From the NCBI RefSeq assembly GCF_009914755.1, contig NC_060934.1: a stretch of DNA of 64,000 nt. One strand, 5' to 3'. Both the position numbers and the translations under genes were made by a program. The DNA is from the human T2T-CHM13v2.0 reference genome, Homo sapiens. Within the stretch, counting starts at the first letter, position 1, and every line of letters begins with the position of its first letter. Shown piece by piece: positions 40,079 to 55,775 of this stretch. The notes under the pieces were generated by a model. The model ran no database searches. It was not told where the DNA came from and saw nothing but the letters and a program-made list of their open reading frames with translations.

Positions 40079-40324
40079 TTATATGTGTACACACAGATTT
40101 TTAAATTTCCCTACGGTGGAGAGATTGTCTGGGTTTGGTAGTTACGTAGCTATAACCGTAAAAGCCTTCCTAGATAATACACTGTATTTTGGGGGCTTCT
40201 GTTTGTCCTTTCAAGTAGCACTAGTGACAAGATGATAAACTGCAAATTTGTTTGTCTCGTGTGCCATTGCATAGATTCTGATCTTCCATCAAGCAAGCTG
40301 GAGGGGAAAAAAAGTCACTTTTAA

Positions 40325-40670
<346 letters not shown>

Positions 40671-42339
40671 AGGACATTAATTTTTAAACTGGGCTCTAAA
40701 ACTAACTGGTGGCACTTAGAAGTATAAAGTATTAATTCAATTATTTTTTTATTGTGAAATGCTCCAAGGCAATTGTTTTAATGCAGAAAATAATTATTAA
40801 AAAAACACTCTGGTAATCTGATAGTAAGATAATCAAGCATGTACATAAAATATACAACAATATGAAAAGGTAAATATATTCTTGGTAATATGCCCCCAGG
40901 AAGAAGTACATTAAATGAGTCTATATTAAATTTTACCTATTTGAATTAAGAAACTTTTGAAAAAAGAACCATTTCAGCTTCAGATTTCCTTAACCACCTC
41001 TAGATTAAATTGTAATTGCTAAGTAGAATATCCATAGTTGAACCAAATTTAGTTATGAAAGATCTATAATGCAACAGCCATGATCCAATTAAAGGTAGAC
41101 TGGTATAATGATTAAAAGTACTGGGGTCAAATAAACCTCCTCATGTTAACGCATCAGTAAATGGGAAATAATAATAATGTTATCTCACATAGTTGATGTA
41201 AGGCTTAATTGAGGTAGTTTGCGTACAATGTCTGTGAACTGAAGGAGTTCAAGCACAATGCCTGTCATGTAATAAATAATAAACAAACATTAACCGCTAT
41301 TACTATCATCCTCTTTTAATTCTGAAGGTAGATACCTGCTACTTTATTGGAACTCCCTTAGAAAACAATTTTGGGCTCTGCCAAAAATCATTTAATATGG
41401 CAAAAAAAAACCAAAGGTTTAAAGTTTCCTCAATATGGTTGACCAGGTATCTGGACCATCCCTGTGGCTAAATGCATCTGTGGATAAGGTGTTACTATGT
41501 TTAAAGAAATAAAAGACCAGCATGAAAATATCCACATATGCAGAGGTATTAGAAAAATATAAATATTTACCAAAAGGATTTGATAAAGTACCAAGTAGAG
41601 CCTCTACCATTAAAACTTTTTAAAATTGAAATATAATATTCAGCAGATAGGTATAAAAGCAAATTAAATATATATGTTACAAAGAGTATTAGCGAGATGG
41701 AAGACAGAAAATTTAAAAGCCAGCCAAAATGAGGTTAGGATTAAACACTATATCCCAAGTATCAAAGTGTTTTACATTAACAGATTTAATCTTCCCAACA
41801 ACCTACTATTATCTCCATTTTACAACACAAAATAATGAAACTGGTGTTGTCTCGTTTGTATTTCAAAAATAAACATTTCCATATCAAAGATGAAAGACAA
41901 ATGGATAATGACTTTTTTTTTTTTTTTTTAAACTCCGTTTTCAGTTCTGGCTTAGATAGGAGAGGTGATAACTAAGAATCCTGCTTGAAGGTGTCAAGGA
42001 CAAATAGATAGGAAGCTTCTATGATAAAGAGATAAACATTTTTCACATAATACAGTTACTAGAAATAAATATGTATTACTCCTAGGTCCCTTCCCCTTTT
42101 CTAGCTGTTTAGCTCTTATTCCTCAATGTTCAGCTCAAGTGTAATTTCTTTTCCCTTAGGTGTCACTTTGCATCTATGCATTATTTTACTTTTACATTCA
42201 TAGTGTGTTATAAGCATTGTCACTTCCAAACTGTGTGCCTCTAGGAAAGAACCAGCAAAGTAGTCATAAAAATGTCACACAGTTAGGATTCAGCAATTTT
42301 TGTGACTCCAAAATATCATTTACTTTCTCCCAATTTTCT

Positions 42340-43580
42340 TCTTTTAAAATTGATATATAATAATTGGACATATTTATGGGGCACATGTGATATTTTGATG
42401 CATGCATACATATATTAAATCAGGGTAATTAGGATATCCATCACTTGAAAAATTTATCATTTCTTTGGGTTGGGAATATTCCAAATCTTATCTTCTAGCT
42501 GTTTTGAAATATACAACAAATTACTGTTAACTATGGTCACTCTACCATGCCATCAAACACTAGAACTTATTCTTTCTAACTGTATTTTTGCAACCGCTAA
42601 CCAGCCTCTCTTCATCATCCCTCCCTCCTACCTTTGTCAGCCTCTAGTAACTATCATTCTACTTTCTACCTCTGTGAGATCAAGTTTTTCAGCTGTCACA
42701 TATGAGTGAGAACTTACAATAGTTATCTTCTTGTGCATGGCTTATTAAAATTAACATAACGTCCTCTAGTTCCATCTATGTTGCTGCTACTAACAGAATT
42801 TCATTCTTTTTTCATGGTTGAATGATATTCCATTGAGTGTGTGTCCATATATATATGGACAAACACACCATTTTCTTTATCCATTCATATCCTAATGGAC
42901 ACTTAGGTTGATTTTGTTATCTTGGCTATTGTGAATAGTGGTGCAACAAAAATGGGCATGCAGGTATCACTTTGATACCCTGGTTTCCTTTCTTTTGGAT
43001 ACATACCCAGCAAATGGATTGCTAAATCGGATGGTAGATCTATTTGTAGTTTCTTGAAGAATGTCCATACTGTTTTCCATAGCAGTTATACTCACTTTCT
43101 CACCAACAGTGAACTATTAGTGTTTCCCTTTCTCTACATCCTTGCCAACACTTGTTGTTTTGTCTTTTTGATAACAGTCACTTTAACTGGGGTCAGATTA
43201 TATCTCATTTTGGTTTTGATTTGCATTTCCCTGATGATTAGTGATACTAAGCATTTATTTTCATATACTTGTTGGCCATTTCTATGCCTTCTTTCGAAAA
43301 ATGTCTATTAAGATCATTTGCTCATTTTAAAATCAGATTATTTGCTATTGAGTTGAGTTTCTTATATATTCTAGTTATTAATCCCTTGTCAGATGAATAG
43401 TTTGCAAATATTTTCCTCCATTCCATAGGCTGTCTCTTTGTTGCTTCCTTTGTTGTGCAGAACATTTTTAGCTTGTTGCAATCCTTTTTGTCTATTTTTG
43501 CTTTTGTATTCTGTGCTTTTGAGGTCTTACCCCTAAAAAAATCTTTGCCCAGACCAATGTCCTGAAGTATTTCCCCAATA
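42340..43580 (-). mobile_element. L1MA-like 3' end
   Basis: TAATTGGACATATTTATGGGGCACATGTGATATTTTGAT...TCTTTGCCCAGACCAATGTCCTGAAG. Confidence 0.85.
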
Positions 43581-44040
43581 TAACCCCACTTTCAATATGG
43601 ATAGAACATCTAGAAAGAAGATAAATAGGGAACCAGAGGATTTGAATAACATTATAAACCAAATAGATCTAACAGACATCTACAGAACAATCCATCCAAT
43701 AACAGCAGAATACACATTCTTCTCCAGTGCACATGGAACATTCTCCAGGATAAAACATGTATCAAGCCACAAAACAAGTGTCAATAAATTTTAAATTGCT
43801 CAAATCACACAAAGTATCTTCTGTAATCACAAGAAATGAAGATAGAAATCAGCAACAGAAGAAAAACGAGAAAACTCAAAGCATGTGGATATTAAAACAC
43901 TCTTAACCAATGAGTACAAGAAAAATCAAAAGGGAAATTTGAAAACACTCAGAAACAAATTAAAATAATAATAAAGCATACCAAAATGTATGAATACAGT
44001 GAAAGCAGTGTTTGAAGGTAATCTTATAATAGTAAATGCC

Positions 44041-44325
44041 AGCCAGGCACAGTGGCTCAAGCCTGTAATCCCAGTACTTTGGGAGGCTGAGGCAGGTGGA
44101 TCACCTGATGTCAGGAGTTCAAGACCAATCTGGCCAACATGACAAAACCCTGTTTCTACTAAAAATACAAAAAAAATTAGCCAGGCATGGTGGCACGCAC
44201 CTGTAATCCCAGCTACTCAGGAGGCTGAGGCAAGAGAATCATTTGAACCCAGAAGTCAGAGGTTGCAGTGAGCCGAGATCGTGCCACTGCACTCCAGGCT
44301 GGGTGACAGAGTGGGACTCCGCCTC

Positions 44326-44352
<27 letters not shown>
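44041..44352 (+). mobile_element. AluSx
   Basis: Full-length; TSD AGTAAATGCC. Confidence 0.93.
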
Positions 44353-44359
<7 letters not shown>

Positions 44360-46805
44360 CCTACACTGATAAGAAGTATTTCAAATTAATAATTTAGACT
44401 TTATTCCTGAAGGAAGTAGAAAAAGGAGATCAGAGACCAAAGCTAGCAAAAGGAAGGAAATAATAAAAATGAAATAGAGAACAGATAAATAATAGAATCA
44501 ATGAAACAAAATGTCATTTTTTTAAAAAGACAAAACTGACAAGCCAATACTGACAGGGGGAAAAAAAGAGGGGAGATGCAAATAACTCAGTCCTTTTCAA
44601 AATCTTAAAAAATCTGAAGAGAAGGGAACATTTGCTAACACATTTTATGATGCCAGTATTACACTGATTTCCAAGTCTGACAAAGACAGCATGAGAAAAG
44701 AAACTATAGACCAATATTGTTTATAGATATTGATACAAAAATCATCAAAAAAATATTAGCAACCCAAATCGAAAAGTGTATGAAAACAATTATACACTAA
44801 GATGAAGTGAGGTTTATCCCAGGAATGCAAGGTTGGTTCAACATGAGAAAATCATTCAATGTAATACATCACATTAATAGATAAAAGGGAAAAAAAAACC
44901 ACACATGATCATCTCAATTGATGCAGAAAAACATTTGACAAAATTCAACACCCTTTCCTAATTAAAACACCCAATAAAGTAGGAATAGAAGGAAACTACC
45001 TCAACATAATAGAGGTCATTTGTGGAGAAACCATAGCTAACATCATACTCAATGGTAAAAGACTAAAAACTTTCCCGTTGAGATCAGGAACAAGATAAGG
45101 ATGCCCACTTTAGCCACTTCTGTTTAAACATAGTACTGGAAGTTCTAGCCAGGGCAACTGTGTAAGAAAGAGAAATAATGGACATCTGAATTGGAAGGAA
45201 AAAGTAAAATTATCTCCGTTCACAGATATCATCTGATATGTAGAAAACTCTGAAGACCCTACAAAAAAAACTAGTAGAATTAACAAATTCAGTAACATTA
45301 TAGGTACAAAAATCAATACATAAAACGCAGTTGGGTTTCTAGACACTAACAATGGACAATATAAACAAGAAAACTAAGAAAACAATTCCATTTACAACAG
45401 CATGAAACAGAATAAAATACTTAGGAATAAATTTAACTAAGGAGGTGAAGGACTTGTATACAGAAAATTACAAAACACTGCTGAAAGAGATTAAAGGAGA
45501 CAGAAATAAATGGAACGACATCCCATGTTCATGTATTGGAATACTTAATATTTAAATTTTCTTTTCTTTTTTTTTTTTTTTACTTAGTGCTTCCTAGCAC
45601 AAGGGAGACAATATTGTTAAGATGTGACTACTATGCACATCTATGCACATCAATGCAATACCCAACAAAATCCCAATGACATGTTTTGCAGAAACAAAAA
45701 ATTCCATGCTAAAATTAATTAAAATCTCAAGGAACCCTAAATAGCCAAAATGAACTTGGAAAAAGAACAAAGGCTGGAGAATTCACACTTCCTGATTTGA
45801 AATTTTACTACAAAGCTATTGTAATCAAAATATTGTGGTACTGGCATGAAGACAGACACATAGAACAAGAGAAAAGAATAGAGAGGCCAGAAATAAACCT
45901 TGCATATATGATCAAATGGTTTTTGACACAGGTGACAAGTCCATTTAATGGAGATAGAAACAGTCTCTTCAACAAATAGTCCTGAGACTATACATACAGA
46001 ATGAAGCAGGACCCATAACTCACACCACAAATAAAAATTAATGCAAAATGAATCAACAACCTAAATATAATAAGAAAAACCATAAAATTCATAGAAGAAA
46101 GCATAGGGGTAAAATTCACGCTCTTGGATTTGACAATGCATTCTTAGTCCAAACAACAAAAATAGAAGTCAATCAATTGGACTTCATCAAAATTAAAAAC
46201 TTTTGTGCATGAAAGAACATTATTATGAAAATGAAAAAACTCCTACAGGATGAGAGAAAATATTTACAATTCGTATATCTGATAAGCACCTAGTATGCAG
46301 AATTATAACAAACTCAACAACAAAAAGACAACCCAATTCAAAAAAGGGCATTTATTCAAAGAAGCTACACAACAAATGGCCAAAAAACATGTGAAAAGAT
46401 TCTCAACATCATTACTCACTAGGGGAATGCAAATCAAAACCAAAGTGAGATAGTGAGATATCACTGCACACCCTAGGGTGGCTATAACAATCACAACCAC
46501 AACAAAAGTGAAAAATAACAAGTGAAGGTGAGAATATGGAGAAAATGGAATCCTCGTATATTGCTAGTGAGAATGTAAAATGGTTCGGCTGCAGTGGAAA
46601 ACAGGTTGATGGTACATCAAAAAGTTAAACATAAAATTACCATCATCACCTAGCAATTCCAATCAGGTATATACCCAAAGCAATTGAAAACATAAACTCA
46701 AATAACCATACACACATTTGTAGCACCATCATTTACAATACGTAAAAGGTAGAAACAGCCCAAACATTTATCAATGGATGAATGGATAAACAAATTGTAA
46801 GATAC

Positions 46806-47198
<393 letters not shown>

Positions 47199-48624
47199 CT
47201 ACAAAGTGGATGACCATCAAAATATGCTAAGAGAAAGGAGGCAGAAACAAAAGGTCACATACTGTATGAGTTCCTTTAAATGAAATATTCAGAACAGGTA
47301 AATTCATAGAGACAAAATGCAGACTGGTGGTTGTCACGGGCTGGTGGAGGTGGGCAATGAGAAGCAATTGCTCAATGGGTACAGTTTCCTTTTGAGGTGA
47401 TATCATGTTTTGGAGCTAGACAGAGGTGGTGGTTGGACAACACTGTGAATGTCCTAAATGCTACTGAATTGTTCATTTTAAAAGGTTAATTTTATGTTAT
47501 ATGGATTTCACCTCAATTTTTAAAAACTCTTATAGCAACAATAAAATCATACCTCATTGTGAGATCCACCAGAAAAGCTAAAATGAAAAAAGACATACAA
47601 TATCAAGTGTTGTCAGGGTGTGGAGCAACAGAAATCCTCATGAACTAACTGGTGGATGTATAAATTGGTTACAATTACTTGGGAAGACTGGCAACATTTA
47701 CCAGACGTAAACCATATGCATACCAAGCATAATGCTTGGTTAGGTGCTCAATAAATATTTATTGATTGAACTAACGAAGTACCCACTTTTTTTTTTTTTA
47801 GGTACTATGCTAAGAAACAGGACATAAATGAAAAGATATGGTTTGCTCTCCTAATAAAGATACACACACAAATGATTATAATATGCTTATATTGTGGAGG
47901 GTGGATATTGTAGTGGTTTTGGAGTCAGATCATTTGAGTTCTGACTCCACCATTTACTAGTTAGCTATGATTTTCAGCAAGTCTGAATTTTATTTCTGCA
48001 TCAATTATAAAATATCTTTCCTTTCCACTCTCACTCCACAGTTTCAGTCTACTGCTGCTACTTTCACCTTTACAAAACAGAGCATGTCAATACCCCATTC
48101 CTTCCAGCTAAAAATCCAAAGATTCCCTACTACATAAAATAATCTAAACTTCTTATCTTGGCATTCAAAAACTTCTACATTTTGTTACCTACCTTTCTTT
48201 CCAGCTTTATCTCATATTCTACTCCTGCCATGTTCCAGAAGTCATTCTGGCCTGCTATATCTTATTTGGAATATACTGTTGAAATGTCTTGGCTTTGTGT
48301 CTTTGCGCCACATGTGTTTCTTCCAAGAATTCACTCTCTGTACTTTGAGTATTGTTAGTTCATGAGAAAGTGAGTCTTTCATGGTACTATATATTGATAA
48401 AGGGTCTTTTGCATTTAATTTTACTTAACATGTAGATTAACCCTGGGAGAGAGTAAACTGACCACGTTTATGGAAGTAGTCTGATACACACTAAAAATGA
48501 ATAAAAATTAGCATTCAGGAGCACACTTTGGCCTCCCTGACCTTTTATTTCGGTAAAAAAAGTTATTTCCTCAATACTAACCATATTGTTGTACCAGAAT
48601 ATCTCTACTTAAAAACTGTCACTG

Positions 48625-48816
48625 ACAGCCTGGCCAACATGGTGAAACCCTGTCTCTCCTAAAAATATAAAAATTAGCTGGGCGTGGTGGTGCACACCTG
48701 TAATCCTAGCTCATCAGGAGGCTGAGGCAGGAGAATTGCTTGAACCCAGGAGGCAGTGGTTGCAGTAAGCCGAGATTGCACACTCCAGCCTGGGCGACAG
48801 AATGAGACTCCATCTC

Positions 48817-48845
<29 letters not shown>
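48625..48845 (+). mobile_element. 5'-truncated Alu
   Basis: Starts at ACAGCCTGGCCAAC; TSD AA(A/G)ACT(G/A)TCACTG. Confidence 0.9.
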
Positions 48846-48847
<2 letters not shown>

Positions 48848-51211
48848 CTATCACTGGGGAAACTGCTTTTCTGGTTCATCCATTTGAATCTAATCCAGTG
48901 TCAAAACTTATCAAGTTAGCTCTGCCACCCCTGTTATTCCTAGTTGTGAATATGGGAAGATACTCCCAGAAGTTTAAAATGACGGAAATAAGATTGTCCT
49001 TTGAAAGATCAACACATAAAGGATAAGAACATGTAATAGACATTGAGTGATTAAGTGAAACAAATTAGTGGCATCAGTCTAATTCACCAACTCAATTTAA
49101 TTACATTTACCCTATAGACACTACAGTGGATACAAAGATAAAAAGGCCATGAACTCAACCATCAGGTTGTTTATAGTAGAAGAGAAGAGAAATATAAGTC
49201 ACCAGGTAATTATAATATAAGAATTATATCTCAATTCTTCCTAAAAGGTAGTTATTTATATTAATAAGGCTGGATGCAGGGAAAACAACATAAAATACAA
49301 AAACTAAATCCTATACTATACAATATGGTGAAAAAACCTTACATTATAAAAGGACTATCAGATACAAATGTGGATCTTTAAAAAAAAAAAAAAAAAAAAC
49401 TGTTTCTCCATAGGTATAGTTGTATTTTAAATATTATCAAACTTTTACTTTTGGAAAGCATTTAATACACTATAACTTGTCTTTTCTATAATTTCCTTAC
49501 CTCTACAAAAATAAAATCTAATTAATTTAAGTATCTGTTTTACATAATGTCATATTCCTAAGACAGAAGTGGTGCATTTAGAGATACAGGAAAAAAAACA
49601 AACAAACAGGAAGTAGTATTCACCTAATCAGTAATGTGATGTCTGATTGGAAGAAGTAGCATATCAGTTGTTAGGAAGTGAAAAGCATTCTCAGATTTCA
49701 AAGCAACATAGATGTGATAAGATTCAAGGCAGAAGAGAGCAGGTGGTATGACAGCAGCCATTAATTATAAGATACACTTATAATTAGGTTTAACAAAAGA
49801 CCTACTTTAAAGACTTAATTATCAATATTATCTTGGCGTTTTAAAAATTGATTGTAAACTGTTTTTATTGTAGAAAATTTCTAAGAAAATAAATTTATAA
49901 CTAAAAAATTAAAGTCAAATGGCCATCACAAGAGAATGGTTGTAAAGTTTCTCAGCCATCTGTGAAATACAGTCTTCGATATTACGAAACTAAAGATAAC
50001 ATTAGAGAGTATTAGTAAGTGAATGAGACATGCTGATAAAAATCTACTTTAACCATAGTTCCATTAATTCTTCTAGAAAATCATCTAGTTAAGATCTGAC
50101 TTTTTTTGTATTGCATTGTTAAAAAGTTCTACCTCTAATAGAATCTTAAAAAATATAGGCATTTAATCAATACTGACGGAGTTAAAATAGGATTTTAATA
50201 AAGCAAGAATACAAAACACATAAACAGTGAATAAACAGCCCATTTTTTTGAGCTCTCAAATCACTGGCCCTTTTCTGTCACGATGATCAAAAGAACTCTG
50301 AAGTGTATTTTTAATAGTGCCATATAATAATTCATTCATTAGGGTGTCTTTTCTTTCATCCATTCTGCAACAGTTAGAGACAAGGTTTAGAGAAAGTTAT
50401 TCTTTTTATCTTGATACTTTACTTATGTGATAAATATCTTTAATTCAAAAGGCCAAATCAATAACATATATGATTTTCTAATAGGCAAAGCTCAGATTTT
50501 TGAAAAAAATAAAACTGTTTTAGACAATGTATGTGATAAAAAACAATTTTTATTAAAGAGTAAACTAATGAATGGTGAAAATATTCAGTAGCAAGTTGAT
50601 ATTATCAATGATGAATACAAATAGGTGACTGCTAGGGTAACAGATTGAGACTTACCACTGGAGACTTCAGCTGTTATCAAACTAATTACATTTAGAAGCT
50701 TAAAAAAGAAAACTCTGTTCTTAACAATAAAACCGTTTAGGTAGCTGAAGATCTAGCAAAAAGAGTCTCACCAACACTTCAACGTAATCAGTGCTCCGCC
50801 ACCCCCACCCCTACCCCACCGCCACCCTGCCCGCCTTTTTTTTGGTTGTGTTGTTAAGACATAGGGAAGATGTTCATTTTGATAGGTTTCAAGTCATTTT
50901 GCTAGGCAAGTTAACAGGAAGCAACGAGATTAAGGGACTACAGAATAATATAACAGATGACTTCATAAGACAGACAGAATAACCTGACGAAAAGCAGAAA
51001 ATAGGTTGGTGTTTATTCCTCTAAATATTCTCTAGATACAGCAAAATAATCTACATAACTATTTATAATGAACAATATTAGAGATAGTTACAGAGACTGA
51101 GGGATGGTTGAATTAGACTTAGAGTGGGAATTTTATACATTCTCCTGAAGGTAGATATTATCTCTAAAGGGTTTTGTTTTGAAAGGTAAAGAAACCAAAT
51201 TTTCCCAAGGA

Positions 51212-51660
51212 ACAGTAGTATGCTGAAGTCTACTCATACCAGCTCATGACTGCAACTACTATTTTCAGAAATTCTATAAGCCAGTTAAATATATGCATCA
51301 TTAAAAATTAAATTATGTAAACATAATTAAATTATACAAAAAAGTAATAATGACTCAAAATTCATCACTTCCTATTTTACTACATTTTATTATTGTGTAT
51401 GTCTTTGAGGATATTTACATCTATTGTTGTGTATGTCTTTGAGGATATTTATATCTATTGTAGCTGCATGGTGGAAATACTATATAATGGTAATCTACTA
51501 CTATGCATCTACTTCCAATTCCACTTTCGGTGTTTCACGTTGATAGCTTGAAATCAGCCACGGTGGGAGAAATTAACACCATTAAAACTGGCAACTGTCA
51601 CAAATCAAGGCTTTTTTTCCTCCTAAGAACCAATTAAAAAAAATTTACCAACACGCTCAT
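51212..51660. mobile_element. MER63-like hAT-Blackjack DNA transposon
   Basis: ACTCAAAATTCATCACTTCCTA...GGTGGAAATACTATATAATGG...TAGCTTGAAATCAGCCACGGTGGGAG...TTTACCAACAC resembles MER63B. Confidence 0.7.
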
Positions 51661-51720
51661 GGTATATTCTAGAATTTTGATAAAGAGGGCTGGTTTAAAA
51701 TTGGTTACACTGCAAGATAG

Positions 51721-52095
<375 letters not shown>

Positions 52096-52647
52096 TAAAG
52101 TGGATCAATTCTGGAATACTCCATAATACAATTAACAACTATCCTTATTAATAAAGAAGGATATGCCATTTATCTTTAACTGACTGCTATGACTTTGATG
52201 GCTTAATTTTGGTTTGGGGGCCATTTTACTTGGAAATGAAGAGGGTTTGGCATAAGAGTAGAGTAAGAACCATTAAAAGTCCTTGTTGAATACTTTTCAG
52301 GACCATACTCTTAGTGCTAACCCTTTTAAACAGGAACAGAAAACTCTTCCAAAACCACTAAATTTTTGTGTATATAGATAAATGTGAAACTAAGCAGGGA
52401 AGACATGTTTCTTGGAATTTTAGGGCTTTTCCAAGGTTCTACACCTCATGGAGTGAGGAAGAAGCTGAGATGACAAGACTTTAGCCTCCCTCATTTTGGC
52501 ATTAACCAGAGAAATTTTTTGTATCATTCTTTAATATACTGGGGTTCTATGTAAAATGTCATTAGAAAAAAAGTGTTCCTTTGTAGGAAGATAGGAAGAA
52601 AAAAAGGGAGAGAGAGAAGAAGGAAATCAGCATGTTAGGGAATATTA

Positions 52648-53063
<416 letters not shown>

Positions 53064-54601
53064 TTAAAAGTATTGGTATTTGAGATTATCCTAAATTATA
53101 ATTTAAAATTCAGAGATATATAACCTAGGTTTTAAAGGGAACACAAAAACAATTTTGGATCTTCACACAGTTATATGCATTAAAAATTTTTTTATGTGTT
53201 ACATCATTCGTAAAGTAAGGGCAACATTATCTCTCAAAACAAAAAGAAACAGAACAGGCATTTTATAGCAATGAATAAAATAAAAAGTCTCTGAGAAAGT
53301 AAATTTTTATACAGTAAAAAACACTGCTAGTTGGGATACTGCCTTCTCAAGAATATAACCAAGTATCTTTCAAACTAAACAAGTTTTCTATTTTGAAAAG
53401 GAAAAATAAATAATAAGTGCATTGATTTAAACGACCAGAATGCCATTTACTTTAAAAGACCTTTCTTTTTACCTGGAGCAAGCAAATCAATCAAATAGTA
53501 AAGAGGAAAGTGCAATAATAACCGTAAGACAAGGTTTCATGGAAGAAAATACTGGCTGTATAGAAGATCTGTGTTTTCACAGACTTTGTTTTCTTTGAGG
53601 TCTTCCAACCCAATACTAACCAGGTCCAGCTAGTTTAGCTTATGAAATCTGACAAGGGCACAGCCCATGGCAATAAGGATGCAGGATAGTGATTTTATTT
53701 CTTATTTAATTCATTGCAGCCCTAGGGAGAGAGATAACGAGAACAGGAATGAAATCCAGGTCTCCTACATAAAACACTGCAGAACATTACCACTAGGTCA
53801 CCAGGGAGGAAAAGGAAGAAAATATTTTATTTTAAAAGAGTTTATTTGTTATAATATTTATGGTGGAAAATTATTTGTTTTGGCTTACCTGATGAAATCA
53901 GAACTTTACTCCCATTACTCACAAATTTGAATGATTGTTTCCACAAAATATTGTTTGATATCTGCTTACTAGATTTAAAATATTTAACTACATTGTTTTG
54001 GAAATTGTAAAAAAAGTATATCACCAACTTAACTCATAAAATGTCAGGCAGTTAAAAATCATCAGTTATAATTTTTAAAATTTCATCTAATCCTCCCACT
54101 ACTTGGATATTTGTCATATTTCATTTATTCCTATCAAGTGTTGTAGGCACTGTCACTGATGAAAGCCCTGGCAAATTCTGGAGAATTTACCTACGTTTGA
54201 CTCTTCCAAGAACTTAAGAAGGTTAAGAAGTTCCTTCTTAAGGGAATAGCTTAATGCCTAACTTACTAATGCCGATTGAGCCATGAAAGATTCTTGACAT
54301 TTGAATGTTTTTGCCCTAAAAAGTGGCTATTGCATATGACTAAATTAAACACAGCACAATGTCCCCGATATTCAAACTCCTATGTAAAATGAAGAAAATA
54401 CTATTACCTAAGATTCTTGTGAAGTTAAATGAGCCACTCCATGAGCACACAGGACAGTATCTGACACTCAAAAGATGTTAAGAATGATGAAAATAATGAT
54501 GAACATTTTATATTTCCCCTATTTGATATGAAATCATCAGTAAAAATCAACAGTTTTCTACTATGGTATTTTTCTGGTATTCTATGGTAAAACCCCTATA
54601 G

Positions 54602-54669
54602 ACATAGACATAGGGGTTACATAGACATAGGGGTTACATAGACATAGGGGTTACATAGACAGAGGGGTT
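54602..54669. repeat. Minisatellite, 17-bp unit ACATAGACATAGGGGTT x4
   Basis: Copies start at 54602, 54619, 54636 and 54653 (the last has one mismatch). Confidence 0.95.
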
Positions 54670-54777
54670 ATACACAGACATACTAGCTCTGTCTATGGTC
54701 ATTCACTGCCATGACATTTTACATCAATACTTTGTGAGATCTTTTAGATTATAAATACTGGACAAAACAAAAACTAG

Positions 54778-55111
<334 letters not shown>

Positions 55112-55442
55112 AGAGTCAACTTCTTAATGCAAACAGCAGAGAGGGTAACTAGGACATACATTTATCTTCACTTTGGTTTATACTAATGAAAAGGAGAAAA
55201 AAAAAAAAAAAAAACCTTAAGCAAACTTTGAAAATGACAGCAGATCCAAAACAAGGCAAGAATAAGAGGAAAACTTCATGTTTCAGGGTTTTTGAGTTTA
55301 TAAAATGTTTTTTACCACATATTCTCTTATCTCTAAAATAGAAAGAGGAGATAATTTCATACTTTTATAAGATACTAAATGATAAGAAAACTAAAACTCA
55401 GATCATAAAGATAATAAATGGTGATGTTAAAACTAGAATTCA

Positions 55443-55775
<333 letters not shown>

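Noticed and set aside
54602-54669. CRISPR-like or telomeric array
   Set aside because: Head-to-tail units with no spacers, in eukaryotic DNA, and the unit is not TTAGGG.
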